This document shows positions 37,990 through 48,351 of a stretch of DNA of 64,000 bases, one piece after another. The stretch is from the IMG/VR virus record IMGVR_UViG_3300042314_001037; one strand, given 5' to 3'. Origin of the DNA: an uncultured virus (IMG/VR IMGVR_UViG_3300042314_001037) (taxonomy: Duplodnaviria; Heunggongvirae; Uroviricota; Caudoviricetes). The position numbers and the translations under genes were made by a program. Numbering within the stretch: position 1 is the stretch's first letter; every line of letters starts with the position of its first letter. The notes under the pieces were generated by a model. The model searched no databases, was not told where the DNA came from, and saw only the letters and a program-made list of their open reading frames with translations.

Positions 37990-38250
37990 TTATCTGAAAC
38001 GTAGTATCAGCATCACAAGATCCTGTTCACTGTTGAGCTTGAGAATATAATCGTTGACATTGAATCTTTGATACTGCCAACGTGTTCCCAATGGACCAAA
38101 AGCTGATTCTACAAATCGTATTATACTTAGTTTGCCGGACTTGCCACTGGCTTGAGAACTGGGACGCTGATCTCTAAAATGAACCCAATAACCGAATCTA
38201 CGTGCCCCTGTAAATTGATGTTTGATTAATCGCACATCGTCAAAGGTCAT
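37990..38250 (-). CDS. hypothetical protein
   Basis: 86-aa ORF; C-terminus resembles the paralogous F-x-D-x2-D-A family. Confidence 0.55.
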   Translation of the reverse strand: MTFDDVRLIKHQFTGARRFGYWVHFRDQRPSSQASGKSGKLSIIRFVESAFGPLGTRWQYQRFNVNDYILKLNSEQDLVMLILRFR

Positions 38251-38549
38251 TCTTCTTGTTCTAGTGTGATGCGCAATGGAAACCCATTACTTCGAGCCAG
38301 TTGAGTTGATTCTATGCCTTTGGTCTCGGCAATCTCATGAGTGTAGACTCCTGCCACAGCACTGCCAGAATTATGTATTTCCAGAGTGATATCTTTGGCT
38401 GCACTTACACTGTGTTTAAATATGTCAGTTAACAATTCTATCACAAACTCCATAGGAGTCTTTTCATCGTTGAGCACGATTACTTTCCACATTTTAGGTG
38501 GCTGTAAACTTGTTATAATTTTTTCTTCTATTTGAATTTCAGTGGTCAT
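38247..38549 (-). CDS. clpS: ClpS adaptor
   Basis: PPKMWKVIVLNDEKTPMEFVIELL...EIHNSGSAVAGVYTHEIAETK...GFPLRITLE. Confidence 0.92.
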   Translation of the reverse strand: MTTEIQIEEKIITSLQPPKMWKVIVLNDEKTPMEFVIELLTDIFKHSVSAAKDITLEIHNSGSAVAGVYTHEIAETKGIESTQLARSNGFPLRITLEQEE

Positions 38550-38590
38550 TTTTATTTCTCCAACTGGGGGATTTCTCCCCCATTGATTGA

Positions 38591-39037
38591 TTATTTAACT
38601 TCCACAATGTCAATCACACGTGGCTTTTCAGACTCGGGAATATTGCGGATCAATTTCACAATCAGCATGCCATTGCGGATTTCTGCACCTGCAACTTCCA
38701 TGTGTTCAGCAAGTGGAAACTCACGAACAAAGTCGCGGGTGGCTAGACCACGATGCAAGTAAACAATTTCCGGATTCTCATGGCGAACAGATTCTGCTCC
38801 TTCGCCTTTTACTGTAAGCACATTAGCTTCTACAGTTACGGAAATTTCCGATTTTTCAAATCCTGTCACAGCAATTTGAATCTCATACTGATTCTCACCA
38901 GTCTTGAGTATATTGTGCGGAGGATAGTTGTTGGACACACTGTTGGAAAATCTACGTTCCATTTGGTCGAACATGGTGTCAAAACCAATCAGTGCTCTAT
39001 TAATAGCTTCAATTCTTTGTAATGCGTTATTGTTCAT
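38591..39037 (-). CDS. small heat shock protein (Hsp20/IbpA-like)
   Basis: NYPPHNI...YLHRGLATRDFVREFPLAE...NGMLIVKL; start trimmed to MNNNALQ (GGAG SD). Confidence 0.92.
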   Translation of the reverse strand: MNNNALQRIEAINRALIGFDTMFDQMERRFSNSVSNNYPPHNILKTGENQYEIQIAVTGFEKSEISVTVEANVLTVKGEGAESVRHENPEIVYLHRGLATRDFVREFPLAEHMEVAGAEIRNGMLIVKLIRNIPESEKPRVIDIVEVK

Positions 39038-39093
39038 AATAGTCTCCTTATAAAGTAAGAACAATGGGGACCCCGAAGGTGCCCCCAAGACAA

Positions 39094-40995
39094 TTAGCTA
39101 GACTTAGTTTCTGTAAACGTAGCGTCTACCACATTGTCATCTGCTTTGGCTTCTGGTTGAGGCGCCTGAGCTGCCTGTTCCTTGGCCTGCTTTTTCTCCA
39201 ACAATGTTTTCATTGCCGGAAAAACTTTTTCGAGTTCAGCTTTAATTTTATCAGCGTCATCTTCTTTCATAGCGTCTTCGACTGATTTAACTGCTGTCTC
39301 GATTTCTGTCTTTTCTGTATCAGTTAATTCATCTTTAAATTCTTCAAGATCTTTTTTAACTTCATGTACAGTTGCTTCAGCTTGGTTGCGAGCATCAATT
39401 AATGTTCGAGCTTTTTGATCACTCTCTGCATTTTCTTCAGCTTCACGTACCATGCGTTCAATTTCTTCTTTGCTTAGACCGCTATCTGATTTAATAGTGA
39501 TCTTGTTTTCTTTGCCTGTGCTCTTGTCCTTGGCCGAGATATTCATGATACCGTTAGCATCAATATCAAATGTAACTTCGATTTGCGGCTGTCCACGACG
39601 TTGCGGTTGAATACCTTCAAGATTGAATTCACCTAGCAATTTGTTGTATTGTACTAGATCACGCTCACCTTGGAATACCTTGATAGTCACCGCAGGTTGA
39701 TTGTCTTCTGCTGTTGAGAATGTCTGCTGTCCCTTAGTCGGAATGGTTGTGTTCTTTTGAATAACCTTTGCAAACACACCGCCCATTGTTTCAATACCCA
39801 AACTCAGTGGAGTCACATCTAGCAACAACACATCAGTACGATCGCCACCGAGAACAGCACCTTGTACTGCGGCACCTGCGGCAACAGCTTCGTCTGGATT
39901 AACATCCTTACGTGGTGCCTTGCCAAATAATTTTTCAACGGCTTCTTGTACCTTTGGCATACGTGTCATACCACCAACAAGAATAACTTCATCGATGTCA
40001 GCGGCTGTGACACCTGCATCTTTCATGGCAACTTTACATGGCTCAATTGAGCGAGTGATTAACTCGTCAACAAGCTGTTCTAACTTGCTACGGCTAATAG
40101 TGATATTCATGTGCTTAGGGCCACTTGCGTCTGCTGTGATGTATGGCAAATTAACACTTGTGCTTGCAGAGCTAGACAATTCAATTTTTGCCTTCTCAGC
40201 AGATTCTTTTAAACGCTGTAGAGCAAGTACATCTTTGGTTAGATCAACACCTTGATCCTTGCGGAATTCTTCAACCAAGTAATCCATAATACGTTGGTCA
40301 AAGTCTTCACCGCCAAGGAATGTATCGCCGTTTGTGCTCAATACTTCGATCTGCTTGTCTCCATCTACGTTGGCTATTTCGATGATCGAAACATCGAATG
40401 TACCGCCACCAAGATCGTAAACAGCAATTTTCCTATCTCTTTTATCAGCTTTATCAACGCCATAAGCAAGAGCTGCCGCAGTAGGCTCGTTAATAATACG
40501 GAGTACCTCCAGGCCTGCGATTTGTCCAGCGTCTTTAGTAGCTTGTCTTTGGCTGTCGTTAAAGTACGCAGGAACTGTGATAACTGCTTGAGTAACTTCA
40601 TGACCTAGATAATCCTCCGCTGTCTTTTTCATCTTACGCAAAACTTCTGCTGAGATTTGTGGAGGCGCCAACTCTTGACCATTAGCACGAACCCATGCAT
40701 CGCCATTCTTGGCTTCCATGATTTCGTAGGGCATAAGGTTGATGTCCTTTTGAACAGCTTCCTCTTTAAACTTGCGTCCAATCAAACGCTTTGAAGCATA
40801 GATTGTATTTTTGGGGTTAGTAACTGATTGACGTTTTGCTGAAGCACCTACGAGAATTTCATCTTTGCCGTAGGCAACGATTGAAGGTGTTGTTCTAGCA
40901 CCTTCTGCATTTTCAATTACTTTGGGGATGCCGTTTTCAATAACAGCTACACATGAGTTTGTGGTACCTAAATCGATACCGATGATCTTAGACAT
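39094..40995 (-). CDS. dnaK: chaperone DnaK (Hsp70)
   Basis: [35 protein letters not shown]. Confidence 0.98.
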   Translation of the reverse strand: MSKIIGIDLGTTNSCVAVIENGIPKVIENAEGARTTPSIVAYGKDEILVGASAKRQSVTNPKNTIYASKRLIGRKFKEEAVQKDINLMPYEIMEAKNGDAWVRANGQELAPPQISAEVLRKMKKTAEDYLGHEVTQAVITVPAYFNDSQRQATKDAGQIAGLEVLRIINEPTAAALAYGVDKADKRDRKIAVYDLGGGTFDVSIIEIANVDGDKQIEVLSTNGDTFLGGEDFDQRIMDYLVEEFRKDQGVDLTKDVLALQRLKESAEKAKIELSSSASTSVNLPYITADASGPKHMNITISRSKLEQLVDELITRSIEPCKVAMKDAGVTAADIDEVILVGGMTRMPKVQEAVEKLFGKAPRKDVNPDEAVAAGAAVQGAVLGGDRTDVLLLDVTPLSLGIETMGGVFAKVIQKNTTIPTKGQQTFSTAEDNQPAVTIKVFQGERDLVQYNKLLGEFNLEGIQPQRRGQPQIEVTFDIDANGIMNISAKDKSTGKENKITIKSDSGLSKEEIERMVREAEENAESDQKARTLIDARNQAEATVHEVKKDLEEFKDELTDTEKTEIETAVKSVEDAMKEDDADKIKAELEKVFPAMKTLLEKKQAKEQAAQAPQPEAKADDNVVDATFTETKSS

Positions 40996-41083
40996 AATTA
41001 TCTCCTTTTAAAGTAAGATCTAGATTGTGAGCACTATGCTCTATAAACCGCCCGCTTTGGTGCAGCTTACGATTTTATTTATA

Positions 41084-41368
41084 TCAAATATTCTCTAAAT
41101 TCTGAATATTTGACCATTTTTTTAGTTTTTCACGTTTAGCTTCAGCTGCACGGTCGATATTTGTCCAGCTTACAATATCCATGTTGTGCAAGATATCAAT
41201 CATGGTTATCATATCGCCTAGCTCTTCTTCCAGATGTTGCCTATTGGTTTTAGGTTTTCCTGGTTTAAAATTGTCTAGTCCGAAGCGGCTGATTTTACTT
41301 ACCGCTTGAATTACTTCAGCACATTCTTCTTGGAGAATGTCCATTACTTCTTTGGTTTGACTGTCCAT
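41084..41368 (-). CDS. MazG-like nucleotide pyrophosphohydrolase
   Basis: EECAEVIQAVSK...LEEELGD. Confidence 0.75.
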   Translation of the reverse strand: MDSQTKEVMDILQEECAEVIQAVSKISRFGLDNFKPGKPKTNRQHLEEELGDMITMIDILHNMDIVSWTNIDRAAEAKREKLKKWSNIQNLENI

Positions 41369-41371
41369 ATA

Positions 41372-41953
41372 TTACCTTTGATTTGCAAATGGTGCGATAT
41401 AGTTACCGTCGCTCATTGTACTGGTCCGCAGAGCTTTGTAGACATTTTGCACACCTACTGCTTGATTCCACGCATCTTCGAGAGCATGATGTTTTAGCAC
41501 TGGAGGACGGTTGGGATTGATACCTACATCGAAAATTGTGCGAGTGTCGCGAACTTCCCAGAAGCTCCAAGGAATAGCTTTGCCGATCTTACGAAAATAC
41601 CATTCTAGAATAGTAACATCAAAGCCAGCACCGTGACTCCATACTCTTTTGCCGCCCCAACAAAACTTGTACAGTTGTGTCATTGCTTCTTCAATAGAGA
41701 CTCTGTTTGCAGGATCAAATGCTTCGTTCTGAGCTTCCTGTGATTGTGAAGCCCACCAATCTAAGGTAGCCTGCGAAACCGTAGCACCAATCCGATCACA
41801 ACTATCAACATCAACACGGACATAAAATTTCTCACATTTTTTTTCGTTTACATCATCACCAAATGGATCAAATTTAACTGCACCAATGGTTAAGATTGTT
41901 GCTGTGGGGAGAACGTCTAGCGTCTCCAAGTCGATCATAATATCTGTGTTCAT
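41372..41953 (-). CDS. DEDDh 3'-5' exonuclease
   Basis: IMIDLETL, WSHGAGFD, RDTRT, HHALEDA; promoter TTGACA-17-TATAAT at 41960-41988. Confidence 0.85.
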   Translation of the reverse strand: MNTDIMIDLETLDVLPTATILTIGAVKFDPFGDDVNEKKCEKFYVRVDVDSCDRIGATVSQATLDWWASQSQEAQNEAFDPANRVSIEEAMTQLYKFCWGGKRVWSHGAGFDVTILEWYFRKIGKAIPWSFWEVRDTRTIFDVGINPNRPPVLKHHALEDAWNQAVGVQNVYKALRTSTMSDGNYIAPFANQR

Positions 41954-41992
41954 ACAGTTATTATACTACCTTTCTGACAGAATGTCAATAGA

Positions 41993-42229
41993 TTAAAACA
42001 TTTTTTTAGGTAATTCGTTTTCACGCAGTTTCTTGCGCCATCTAGCCACTGCTGCACCTTTGAGGCGTTTGCGCATGGTTGTGGGTTTTTCGTAAAACTC
42101 TTTTTGTCTCAGTTCATCGAGAATACCACTTTCTTCGACTTTCTTTTTGAATCGGCGGAGAGCCTGATTGATATTTTCGCCTTCTTTGAGAACTACGGTT
42201 CTCCCTAGAGTAACTCTTGATTTATTCAT
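41993..42229 (-). CDS. rpsU: ribosomal protein bS21
   Basis: ENINQALRRFKKKVEESGILDELRQKEFYEKPT. Confidence 0.92.
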   Translation of the reverse strand: MNKSRVTLGRTVVLKEGENINQALRRFKKKVEESGILDELRQKEFYEKPTTMRKRLKGAAVARWRKKLRENELPKKMF

Positions 42230-42605
42230 AATTGTTTATGGTTAGGTTAAGTAAAGATTCACAATCCTCACTAGCATATATAGCCTTTGCATTAGCACGT
42301 GATAAATTTCTTAGGTTGCCAAAGTAGTGTGAATTTTTTTGAGCGCAGATGTATCCTATAACAAGACTGTTTGCGCTATCTGCGTTGAATATGATGAGAT
42401 CGCTCTTGGATTTTTTGTCCAGCAGCCAATCCGTGTCGTGATCAGATGACCAAAGATAGGTAATGATATCATGCTGTGATTTTAGATTCAACAAACTATC
42501 TGAAATGATTTTGGTCTGTTCAGCATTGAGATCTACCAACAACAATCTAAAACCATCAATCAATACATCGTCAGGAGCAGTGACTACAACTACCTTGGCT
42601 GTCAT
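42222..42605 (-). CDS. hypothetical protein
   Basis: 127-aa ORF overlapping both neighbours. Confidence 0.6.
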   Translation of the reverse strand: MTAKVVVVTAPDDVLIDGFRLLLVDLNAEQTKIISDSLLNLKSQHDIITYLWSSDHDTDWLLDKKSKSDLIIFNADSANSLVIGYICAQKNSHYFGNLRNLSRANAKAIYASEDCESLLNLTINNYE

Positions 42606-43996
42606 CCTTGTCCTTTGACTTGTTTGACCTTTTGCCAGATCGTAGATTCATTCTGCTCGGCATTTTGAATATAGCCCACTAGCTTTCCTGAATCTTGCGA
42701 ATCTGTTGACCCTGTTCCCGTTCCATCCATGCTGTTATCTTTTTTTTTAGTTTCTTCAACTTGTTCTAGAGCCCATTTCGCTGCTTCTTCTGCGGCTTCA
42801 TTGTCTGTAAAGTCGGGGGCAGCTTTTAGGTACTCTTCCCAAGGAAGACGATCAATCAAACCATTTTCTAAAAGACGTCTGTGTCTTTTCAAAGAATCGT
42901 CCGGATGATCGTGTTTCCAATTTCGCTTGGCTTCTCTAATCTCAACTGTGTCATTTTCGTCGTAGTCGTCATCCTCTTCATGCAGTTCCTCAGACGCCGT
43001 TATATCACCTCCTAGTGCGGTCGGCTGTGTTGTGAAAGAATCTACGACAGGTGCTGTGTGTGTTGTTTGTATATATGCGGCTGCGGGAAACGGCCATAAA
43101 TTTGTGGCTGGTGGTATAAAAGGTTCTGATCTTGGAGTAATTTCTTCATTGGTTGGAGGACCATCTTTGTTATCTGTTGGTATGGAATTTTCTAGAGATT
43201 CCTTGTGGTCTTCTTCGGCTCTGCGAAACCATTGAAAACTATATTGGCTGGCCAACAGCAGTATCACTGCCAAAGGATCAAATACTGAAACAATGATAAT
43301 AATTACCCAAGTCACCGCTTTTTCTAATAGGTTGGCATCGGGATTGCTGCCATACACAAAGGCAGCTATGTATTTGATGGGACCAACTTCAGCTTCAACC
43401 TTGCGTATTTCGGCCGCAATTGGAGCACGTTCTTCATTAAGAGTGGCAATGGCCTTTTGCGATTTAGTTATGTCAGAATTTATCTGGGCTCTTTCTTTGG
43501 CCTGGCGTTGACGCATGGTATTGGCATTGACAGCCCCTTGATCAGTTTTACTGCGAGCAATGGTTTCATCAATGGTGGCATCCATTTGTTTCAGGGCCTT
43601 GCGACCAGCTTCGATGTTTTCGCGTTCAGTTTTTATTTTTTCGTCATAGATAGCAATTTTGCTCTGAACATCTCCGGACACTAATGTTTGATCACTGTGT
43701 GCCTTTGATAGAAAACCAAAGATGCCCATGGAGGTAATTACCATAAGGATGGCAATGGCAACTATGAGATAACTTCTAATGTAAATAGGGGCTCTATCCC
43801 AATTGATTTTTAACCATACAGTGGCAATTAATTTGCTGACTTCTAGCACTACACCCATAACAATAATAGGGATAGCAGCGGCTGCGAAAATGCTAACGAG
43901 ACCCGCTACGCTGTACCAAATGGCCACTGCAGAAATGGTTAACCCGCTGAACAGGGCCAGCCAGGCAATAATTTTATCGCTGAGATTTATTTTCAT
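42602..43996 (-). CDS. multi-TM coiled-coil membrane protein
   Basis: Three N-terminal TM helices, coiled coil, EVGPIKY, TM with FDPLA, acidic tail. Confidence 0.7.
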   Translation of the reverse strand: MKINLSDKIIAWLALFSGLTISAVAIWYSVAGLVSIFAAAAIPIIVMGVVLEVSKLIATVWLKINWDRAPIYIRSYLIVAIAILMVITSMGIFGFLSKAHSDQTLVSGDVQSKIAIYDEKIKTERENIEAGRKALKQMDATIDETIARSKTDQGAVNANTMRQRQAKERAQINSDITKSQKAIATLNEERAPIAAEIRKVEAEVGPIKYIAAFVYGSNPDANLLEKAVTWVIIIIVSVFDPLAVILLLASQYSFQWFRRAEEDHKESLENSIPTDNKDGPPTNEEITPRSEPFIPPATNLWPFPAAAYIQTTHTAPVVDSFTTQPTALGGDITASEELHEEDDDYDENDTVEIREAKRNWKHDHPDDSLKRHRRLLENGLIDRLPWEEYLKAAPDFTDNEAAEEAAKWALEQVEETKKKDNSMDGTGTGSTDSQDSGKLVGYIQNAEQNESTIWQKVKQVKGQG

Positions 43997-44005
43997 GTGT
44001 AATAT

Positions 44006-44473
44006 TTATTCCCTTATCCAACGCCAATTACTGCTCGCATTTGAGAAACAGGCTGTGCTACTCAATGTTCTCTGCACACCATAAGCTATGGCCTGCACAT
44101 GCATCCTCCTACAATATCCCGATCCAGTGGGCCATGTCATCACAGGCACTGCAACACCACTAGCATCACGTTTGTACCATTCAACAGCCTGTCCATTTTC
44201 GGCAAACATCACGGCATGATACAGCGCCTGGGTGTAAGAATCTTTTTGATCATTGTCCAAAGTTTTGAACCATCCAAAAGATATTTGCGCAACTTCATTA
44301 ATAAACGAACCTGAGCGATATTCGAAAAATCTAGGATTACTGATGTCATTAGCCAATGCTGGACTAGTTACGACCAGTATTAACAATTTCCCAGCCACCA
44401 TCCATTTTTTGACAACTGACGCCTTTGCGTTGAACATCTCTTCCTCCAATCTGCATCCAATAAGTAAATTCAC
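44006..44473 (-). CDS. 17-kDa surface-antigen-like secreted protein
   Basis: ENGQAVEW...GYCRR...TAC...WRW pattern; the true start is probably MVAGKLL. Confidence 0.55.
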   Translation of the reverse strand: MNLLIGCRLEEEMFNAKASVVKKWMVAGKLLILVVTSPALANDISNPRFFEYRSGSFINEVAQISFGWFKTLDNDQKDSYTQALYHAVMFAENGQAVEWYKRDASGVAVPVMTWPTGSGYCRRMHVQAIAYGVQRTLSSTACFSNASSNWRWIRE

Positions 44474-44699
44474 CGCAGTTAGTTGACATACCTAACCTTG
44501 CCGTGGTAATTCGTTTGATATCGTCGTCTGTGCATTCTAACACAGTCTTGCTATCTACTGTTTCTTTGTTATGAGTAGTAATAGTTTGACTAGTATGACA
44601 GTACTGCGGTTTCTGAGCAACAACTTTTGATGCAGATCCGCAGCCTGTTAGCGCCAATAATGCCAGTGCAGGAACTACTGTAATGACCAGAGCCTTCAT
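44364..44699 (-). CDS. lipoprotein
   Basis: Lipobox LALTGC. Confidence 0.65.
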   Translation of the reverse strand: MKALVITVVPALALLALTGCGSASKVVAQKPQYCHTSQTITTHNKETVDSKTVLECTDDDIKRITTARLGMSTNCGEFTYWMQIGGRDVQRKGVSCQKMDGGWEIVNTGRN

Positions 44700-45178
44700 T
44701 ATTGAGCTCGCTTGGTCTGAGCTTCAGCGATCAATTGATCGAATGTAGCCTTCTTCATCTCAAGACGAACAAAAGTATAATGTTTTCCGGCCATAGTAAA
44801 GTGTCCGCGTTCACTTTTCACATGACGGCGGATGGCGGTGTCTTCTACCTTGTAGGTAATCTTGGTACGAGTTGTTTTCTTGTCGTTGACAATGTCAATA
44901 GATGTTTCGCTATTAACTGTACCATTGATACGTTTTGCAAAGTTGTTCATTGCAATCGCATCCATTTGTTCTTCTGCTGCCTGAGCGTAATTACTGTCTC
45001 CTGCACCGCAGGCATAGACATAATCTTCACTCCACCAGAACCAACCTTTAACGCCTTCCTGTGCGCAACTTTGATACCAACCAGGTTGAGCAAATGTCTT
45101 GCGCTCTGGAATATCTTTCATTGACGAACAGCCTGTAATAGCTGTTGCAAGTAAGCCTACTAGAATTGCCTTTTTCAT
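44699..45178 (-). CDS. lipoprotein (LPP20-like)
   Basis: MKKAILVGLLATAITGC lipobox; start trimmed. Confidence 0.65.
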   Translation of the reverse strand: MKKAILVGLLATAITGCSSMKDIPERKTFAQPGWYQSCAQEGVKGWFWWSEDYVYACGAGDSNYAQAAEEQMDAIAMNNFAKRINGTVNSETSIDIVNDKKTTRTKITYKVEDTAIRRHVKSERGHFTMAGKHYTFVRLEMKKATFDQLIAEAQTKRAQ

Positions 45179-45258
45179 CGTGTACCTTTCTGTGTGTGTT
45201 AACGATATAATAAGTATAGCACCACGGCTGCTCAATGTCAACCGGGTGCTTAACCAAT

Positions 45259-45639
45259 TTATTTGAAGAAGATTAGCGCCATCATTACTGCTTGGACAAT
45301 AAATCCAAATCCAATAGTGACTACGTTGAGCATGTCTTTTTGCACTGTGGCTTTGACAAATAACAGGGTTAGGCCGCCCCAGCATAACAACACAAGATCC
45401 ACTGCGGGCATCTTGTCAGTTAACCCACTCATTACAGCGAACAGACTAGGAACAGTGGCAGCGTGTAGTACAATGACTGCTAGCCAACCAAATGTCTCTG
45501 CCGAAATGTGGCTGACTTTGGCGGTAGCCCAGGTTTTGAACTCTTGAAGATTTTCAAAATGAGGCAGCGGATTAAATTTGTTGAAGTCTACCATTTTATT
45601 TCTTTCCTCTGTAAAAGATATGATTGCCGATTGTTCCAA
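45259..45639 (-). CDS. small multi-TM membrane protein
   Basis: Three hydrophobic helices; follows the SleB gene. Confidence 0.6.
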   Translation of the reverse strand: MEQSAIISFTEERNKMVDFNKFNPLPHFENLQEFKTWATAKVSHISAETFGWLAVIVLHAATVPSLFAVMSGLTDKMPAVDLVLLCWGGLTLLFVKATVQKDMLNVVTIGFGFIVQAVMMALIFFK

Positions 45640-46141
45640 TTTTTTCTAGATTCCATTGCGGATTGACATAGTTAGCATGATAATACAATGCTTCTTTCAT
45701 TACGTCAAGTCTGAAACCTTCCAATAATACCTTTTTAGCCACAGCCATACTTTCGTTGTAAGCCGATTGGTTAATAGGTCTAGCTTTGTGCGCAGTGTCA
45801 CAATACCATGAGAATTGGCAAATGACTCTGTCTATCACTACTGACTTTTGAAAAACAACTGCACAGACATCTTTTGGGAACGAGGGATGAGACGCCCTGT
45901 TCATGGTGACCTGTGCCACTGCTACTTTGCCTTCAAAGTTTTCGTGTCCTGCTTCGCGATAGATATTCATCGCTAGGCATTCTAGTTGTCGTTCTCTAGT
46001 TTTAATTGACACAATGTCGGGCGATGATAACATCTGACCCTCACGTAGCTTTTCCATTTTGGCAAAAGTTACATTCTGCACCAATAGGCATACTACAATT
46101 AAACCTATAACATAGGTGGTAAATCTAATAAATTTTTCCAT
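45596..46141 (-). CDS. SleB-like cell wall hydrolase (Hydrolase_2)
   Basis: CLAMNIYREAGHE...AVAQVTMNR...VCAVVFQ...QFSW...YYHANYVNPQW...IGNHIFY; N-terminal TM. Confidence 0.9.
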   Translation of the reverse strand: MEKFIRFTTYVIGLIVVCLLVQNVTFAKMEKLREGQMLSSPDIVSIKTRERQLECLAMNIYREAGHENFEGKVAVAQVTMNRASHPSFPKDVCAVVFQKSVVIDRVICQFSWYCDTAHKARPINQSAYNESMAVAKKVLLEGFRLDVMKEALYYHANYVNPQWNLEKIGTIGNHIFYRGKK

Positions 46142-46144
46142 AAG

Positions 46145-46400
46145 TCCTCCTTTGACTTGGTGTAATCCAAAGTTCAGATTACATTACATAAAGGGAGTTA
46201 ACTTCACGAGGCTCTGAAAGAACCCTACTTTCGTGTAGTTGTCTCCATTAGCCACTAAGTTCATAACTCTTAGTACCTTTGGCGACCCTTGGCATCCCGA
46301 AAATACGGGTTTCTCATTGGCCAAGACCCGCGGGCTAAACTTCCATGCTTTTGACATTTTCATCTAACCAACTATCTTAGTTTCTTTGCGAAACGTTTAA
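46145..46400 (-). promoter_or_regulatory. candidate structured cis-regulatory RNA upstream of the SleB gene
   Basis: Several nested hairpins in a ~250-nt non-coding leader. Confidence 0.45.
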
Positions 46401-46441
46401 TATATACCTCATACTTGCGTTATCTCCCGAGAAACTGGTGA

Positions 46442-46837
46442 TTATCGACGCATTTTGGAGATATCTTGTGCTTCTTCATCACTGAACACAGGCACAGCGT
46501 TGCTCTTGTGCATTGTCGCAATGCCTTTGACTTTGGTTCCAGTGTAGATTGGACTGGCTTTTAACACAGCATTGCCGCCGGTATCCACACTTTTGATATG
46601 TGCAGTGGTATTGCGGCCCTCAGGAATCTTCAGTGAGTATGATTTGCTCAAAGATTCTGCCGCCAGCCCACGAGTTCGTTTCTTATCTTCAATCTCTACA
46701 GCCCATTTCTTCTGTAGTTCTTTCCACGATTCGTTCAATTCACGGGCCTTTCTTGCGTGTTCTGCTGATGCAAACTTTTGCTTGCCTTTGGGTTTGCCAG
46801 TGGTACTAAGCCACGGACCTTCTAGATGCATTGTCAA
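46442..46837 (-). CDS. conserved phage hypothetical protein
   Basis: YTGTKVKGIATMHKSNAVPVF motif; promoter TTGACA-17-TATACT upstream. Confidence 0.7.
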   Translation of the reverse strand: MTMHLEGPWLSTTGKPKGKQKFASAEHARKARELNESWKELQKKWAVEIEDKKRTRGLAAESLSKSYSLKIPEGRNTTAHIKSVDTGGNAVLKASPIYTGTKVKGIATMHKSNAVPVFSDEEAQDISKMRR

Positions 46838-46935
46838 AAGAAACCTCCAAACTTGTTAAACTATACGACTAGTATAGCATCTAGTTTAGAGGTTGTCAAC
46901 TGCCTACAATTCAATTTATTGCAAAGAATAACGCC

Positions 46936-47304
46936 TTATGGAAACCTCTTGCTGAATATCTCACTCTGCTCTGCAGTCAAGGCAATTTCATATTGGTAGT
47001 CTGGATGATCAATTCCTAGATAAGGTTGTCCACCAATTTGCCATAAACGAGCTTCGTGTTGCGCCAGTCTCCAACTGACGTGATTGTCAGCTTTGTTCCT
47101 GTTTGGCATGTCTTCGGGATAATTGCCGTTGCCGGTCCGACACCGAAGTTTTGGTCCGGTATCTACTTTGAAATAGAGCTGGTTGGCTATATCGTCAAGC
47201 ACTGGCATGGCAGTGATACTGGCAGTAATGCCGATTCCCATATCATTTGCCGGCTCTTCAAATGCCAATGTTAAATCTGGCCCTAGTTTAATTTCTATAA
47301 TCAT
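46936..47304 (-). CDS. hypothetical protein
   Basis: 122-aa ORF with AAGGA SD. Confidence 0.55.
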   Translation of the reverse strand: MIIEIKLGPDLTLAFEEPANDMGIGITASITAMPVLDDIANQLYFKVDTGPKLRCRTGNGNYPEDMPNRNKADNHVSWRLAQHEARLWQIGGQPYLGIDHPDYQYEIALTAEQSEIFSKRFP

Positions 47305-47348
47305 GATATTCCTTGTGTTTTACTTAGCTGTATTGTGTTCGACAGATT

Positions 47349-47768
47349 TTATTTTATCTGTTCTGCTAGTTGTTTATATCCAGCCCAACTTGGATGTATG
47401 CCGTCTGGTTGCAATTTGGTAATTGGCAACACAGTATCGCCGTATTTGTTAGCAATTTCTTTTATTGTTAGTTGAATATAGTTTATATTAACTTGACTTG
47501 CTTTAAGATTGCCAGCTGGCAAAATCCAAAACACACGTTTGCCTTTTATTTTGTCACGCATCTTTAACAACTCTGCTTCTGTATGTATATGTTTATGATC
47601 ATTACTTCCTAAACTTATAATAACGGTATTGGCGGTTAAATCATTTTTTAGATAATCACGATTCCACTGCCAAGTATTGATTCCTCCCTTGCCTACAAGA
47701 GTACATTCTTTGGCAAACATGTGTGTGCCCACTGCTATACTATCACCTACAATCAAACACTCTAACAT
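47349..47768 (-). CDS. SGNH/GDSL hydrolase
   Basis: IVGDSIAVG, SLGSND, DGIHP. Confidence 0.8.
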   Translation of the reverse strand: MLECLIVGDSIAVGTHMFAKECTLVGKGGINTWQWNRDYLKNDLTANTVIISLGSNDHKHIHTEAELLKMRDKIKGKRVFWILPAGNLKASQVNINYIQLTIKEIANKYGDTVLPITKLQPDGIHPSWAGYKQLAEQIK

Positions 47769-47832
47769 AATTTCTCCAAAAGAAAAGCGATTACTGCTAT
47801 AATACAGTAATCGCTAACTCTTGTCAACTAGT

Positions 47833-48351
47833 TTAGCTGTTTAACACTTTTGCCACCGAATTCATCACACTGGCAATGCGGCCAATATCACGAAGCTGTT
47901 CTACAGTGTAGCCTTCTTGCTTGAGCGTTTCGTAATGTGCCTTAACACAGAAGTGGCACTTGCCTACAATACTTGCGGCCAAACTAAATGCCTCAAAGTT
48001 GCTCTTGGTTGTTCCACCGTGACTGGCAATGGCATTCATGCGTAACTGTGCTGGCAGGCCTTTTAGAGCAGGATCATCGGCCATCTCAACGTAGGGATAC
48101 CAGACGTTGTTCTGTGCCATAATGCTCGCCGCTGTCATTGCTGACTCTGCGTGTACTGGCGCATCTGCTAACAATATGCTTAACACCTTACCGTTGCCAG
48201 TTGCGGCGAGTGCGGCCACGGCACAACCCATAGCAACATCAGCATCCAATGTACTACGCACAAACACAGCGTCAATATTTAACTTGGTGTCTTTTGCGTA
48301 GTCTGGCAATGCGCCTTTTACTGTTTCAATAAAACTCATTTTCGTCCCCAT
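47833..48351 (-). CDS. ahpD: alkyl hydroperoxide reductase AhpD
   Basis: LPDYAKDTKLN, MAQNNVWY, ASIVGKCHFCVKAH. Confidence 0.9.
   Translation of the reverse strand: MGTKMSFIETVKGALPDYAKDTKLNIDAVFVRSTLDADVAMGCAVAALAATGNGKVLSILLADAPVHAESAMTAASIMAQNNVWYPYVEMADDPALKGLPAQLRMNAIASHGGTTKSNFEAFSLAASIVGKCHFCVKAHYETLKQEGYTVEQLRDIGRIASVMNSVAKVLNS

Noticed and set aside
46145..46400. RNase P RNA or c-di-GMP-I riboswitch
   Set aside because: I could not find the RNase P GAGGAAAGUCC / ACAGAA...GCUUA signatures or a convincing GEMM P1/P2 consensus; kept only as an unassigned leader.
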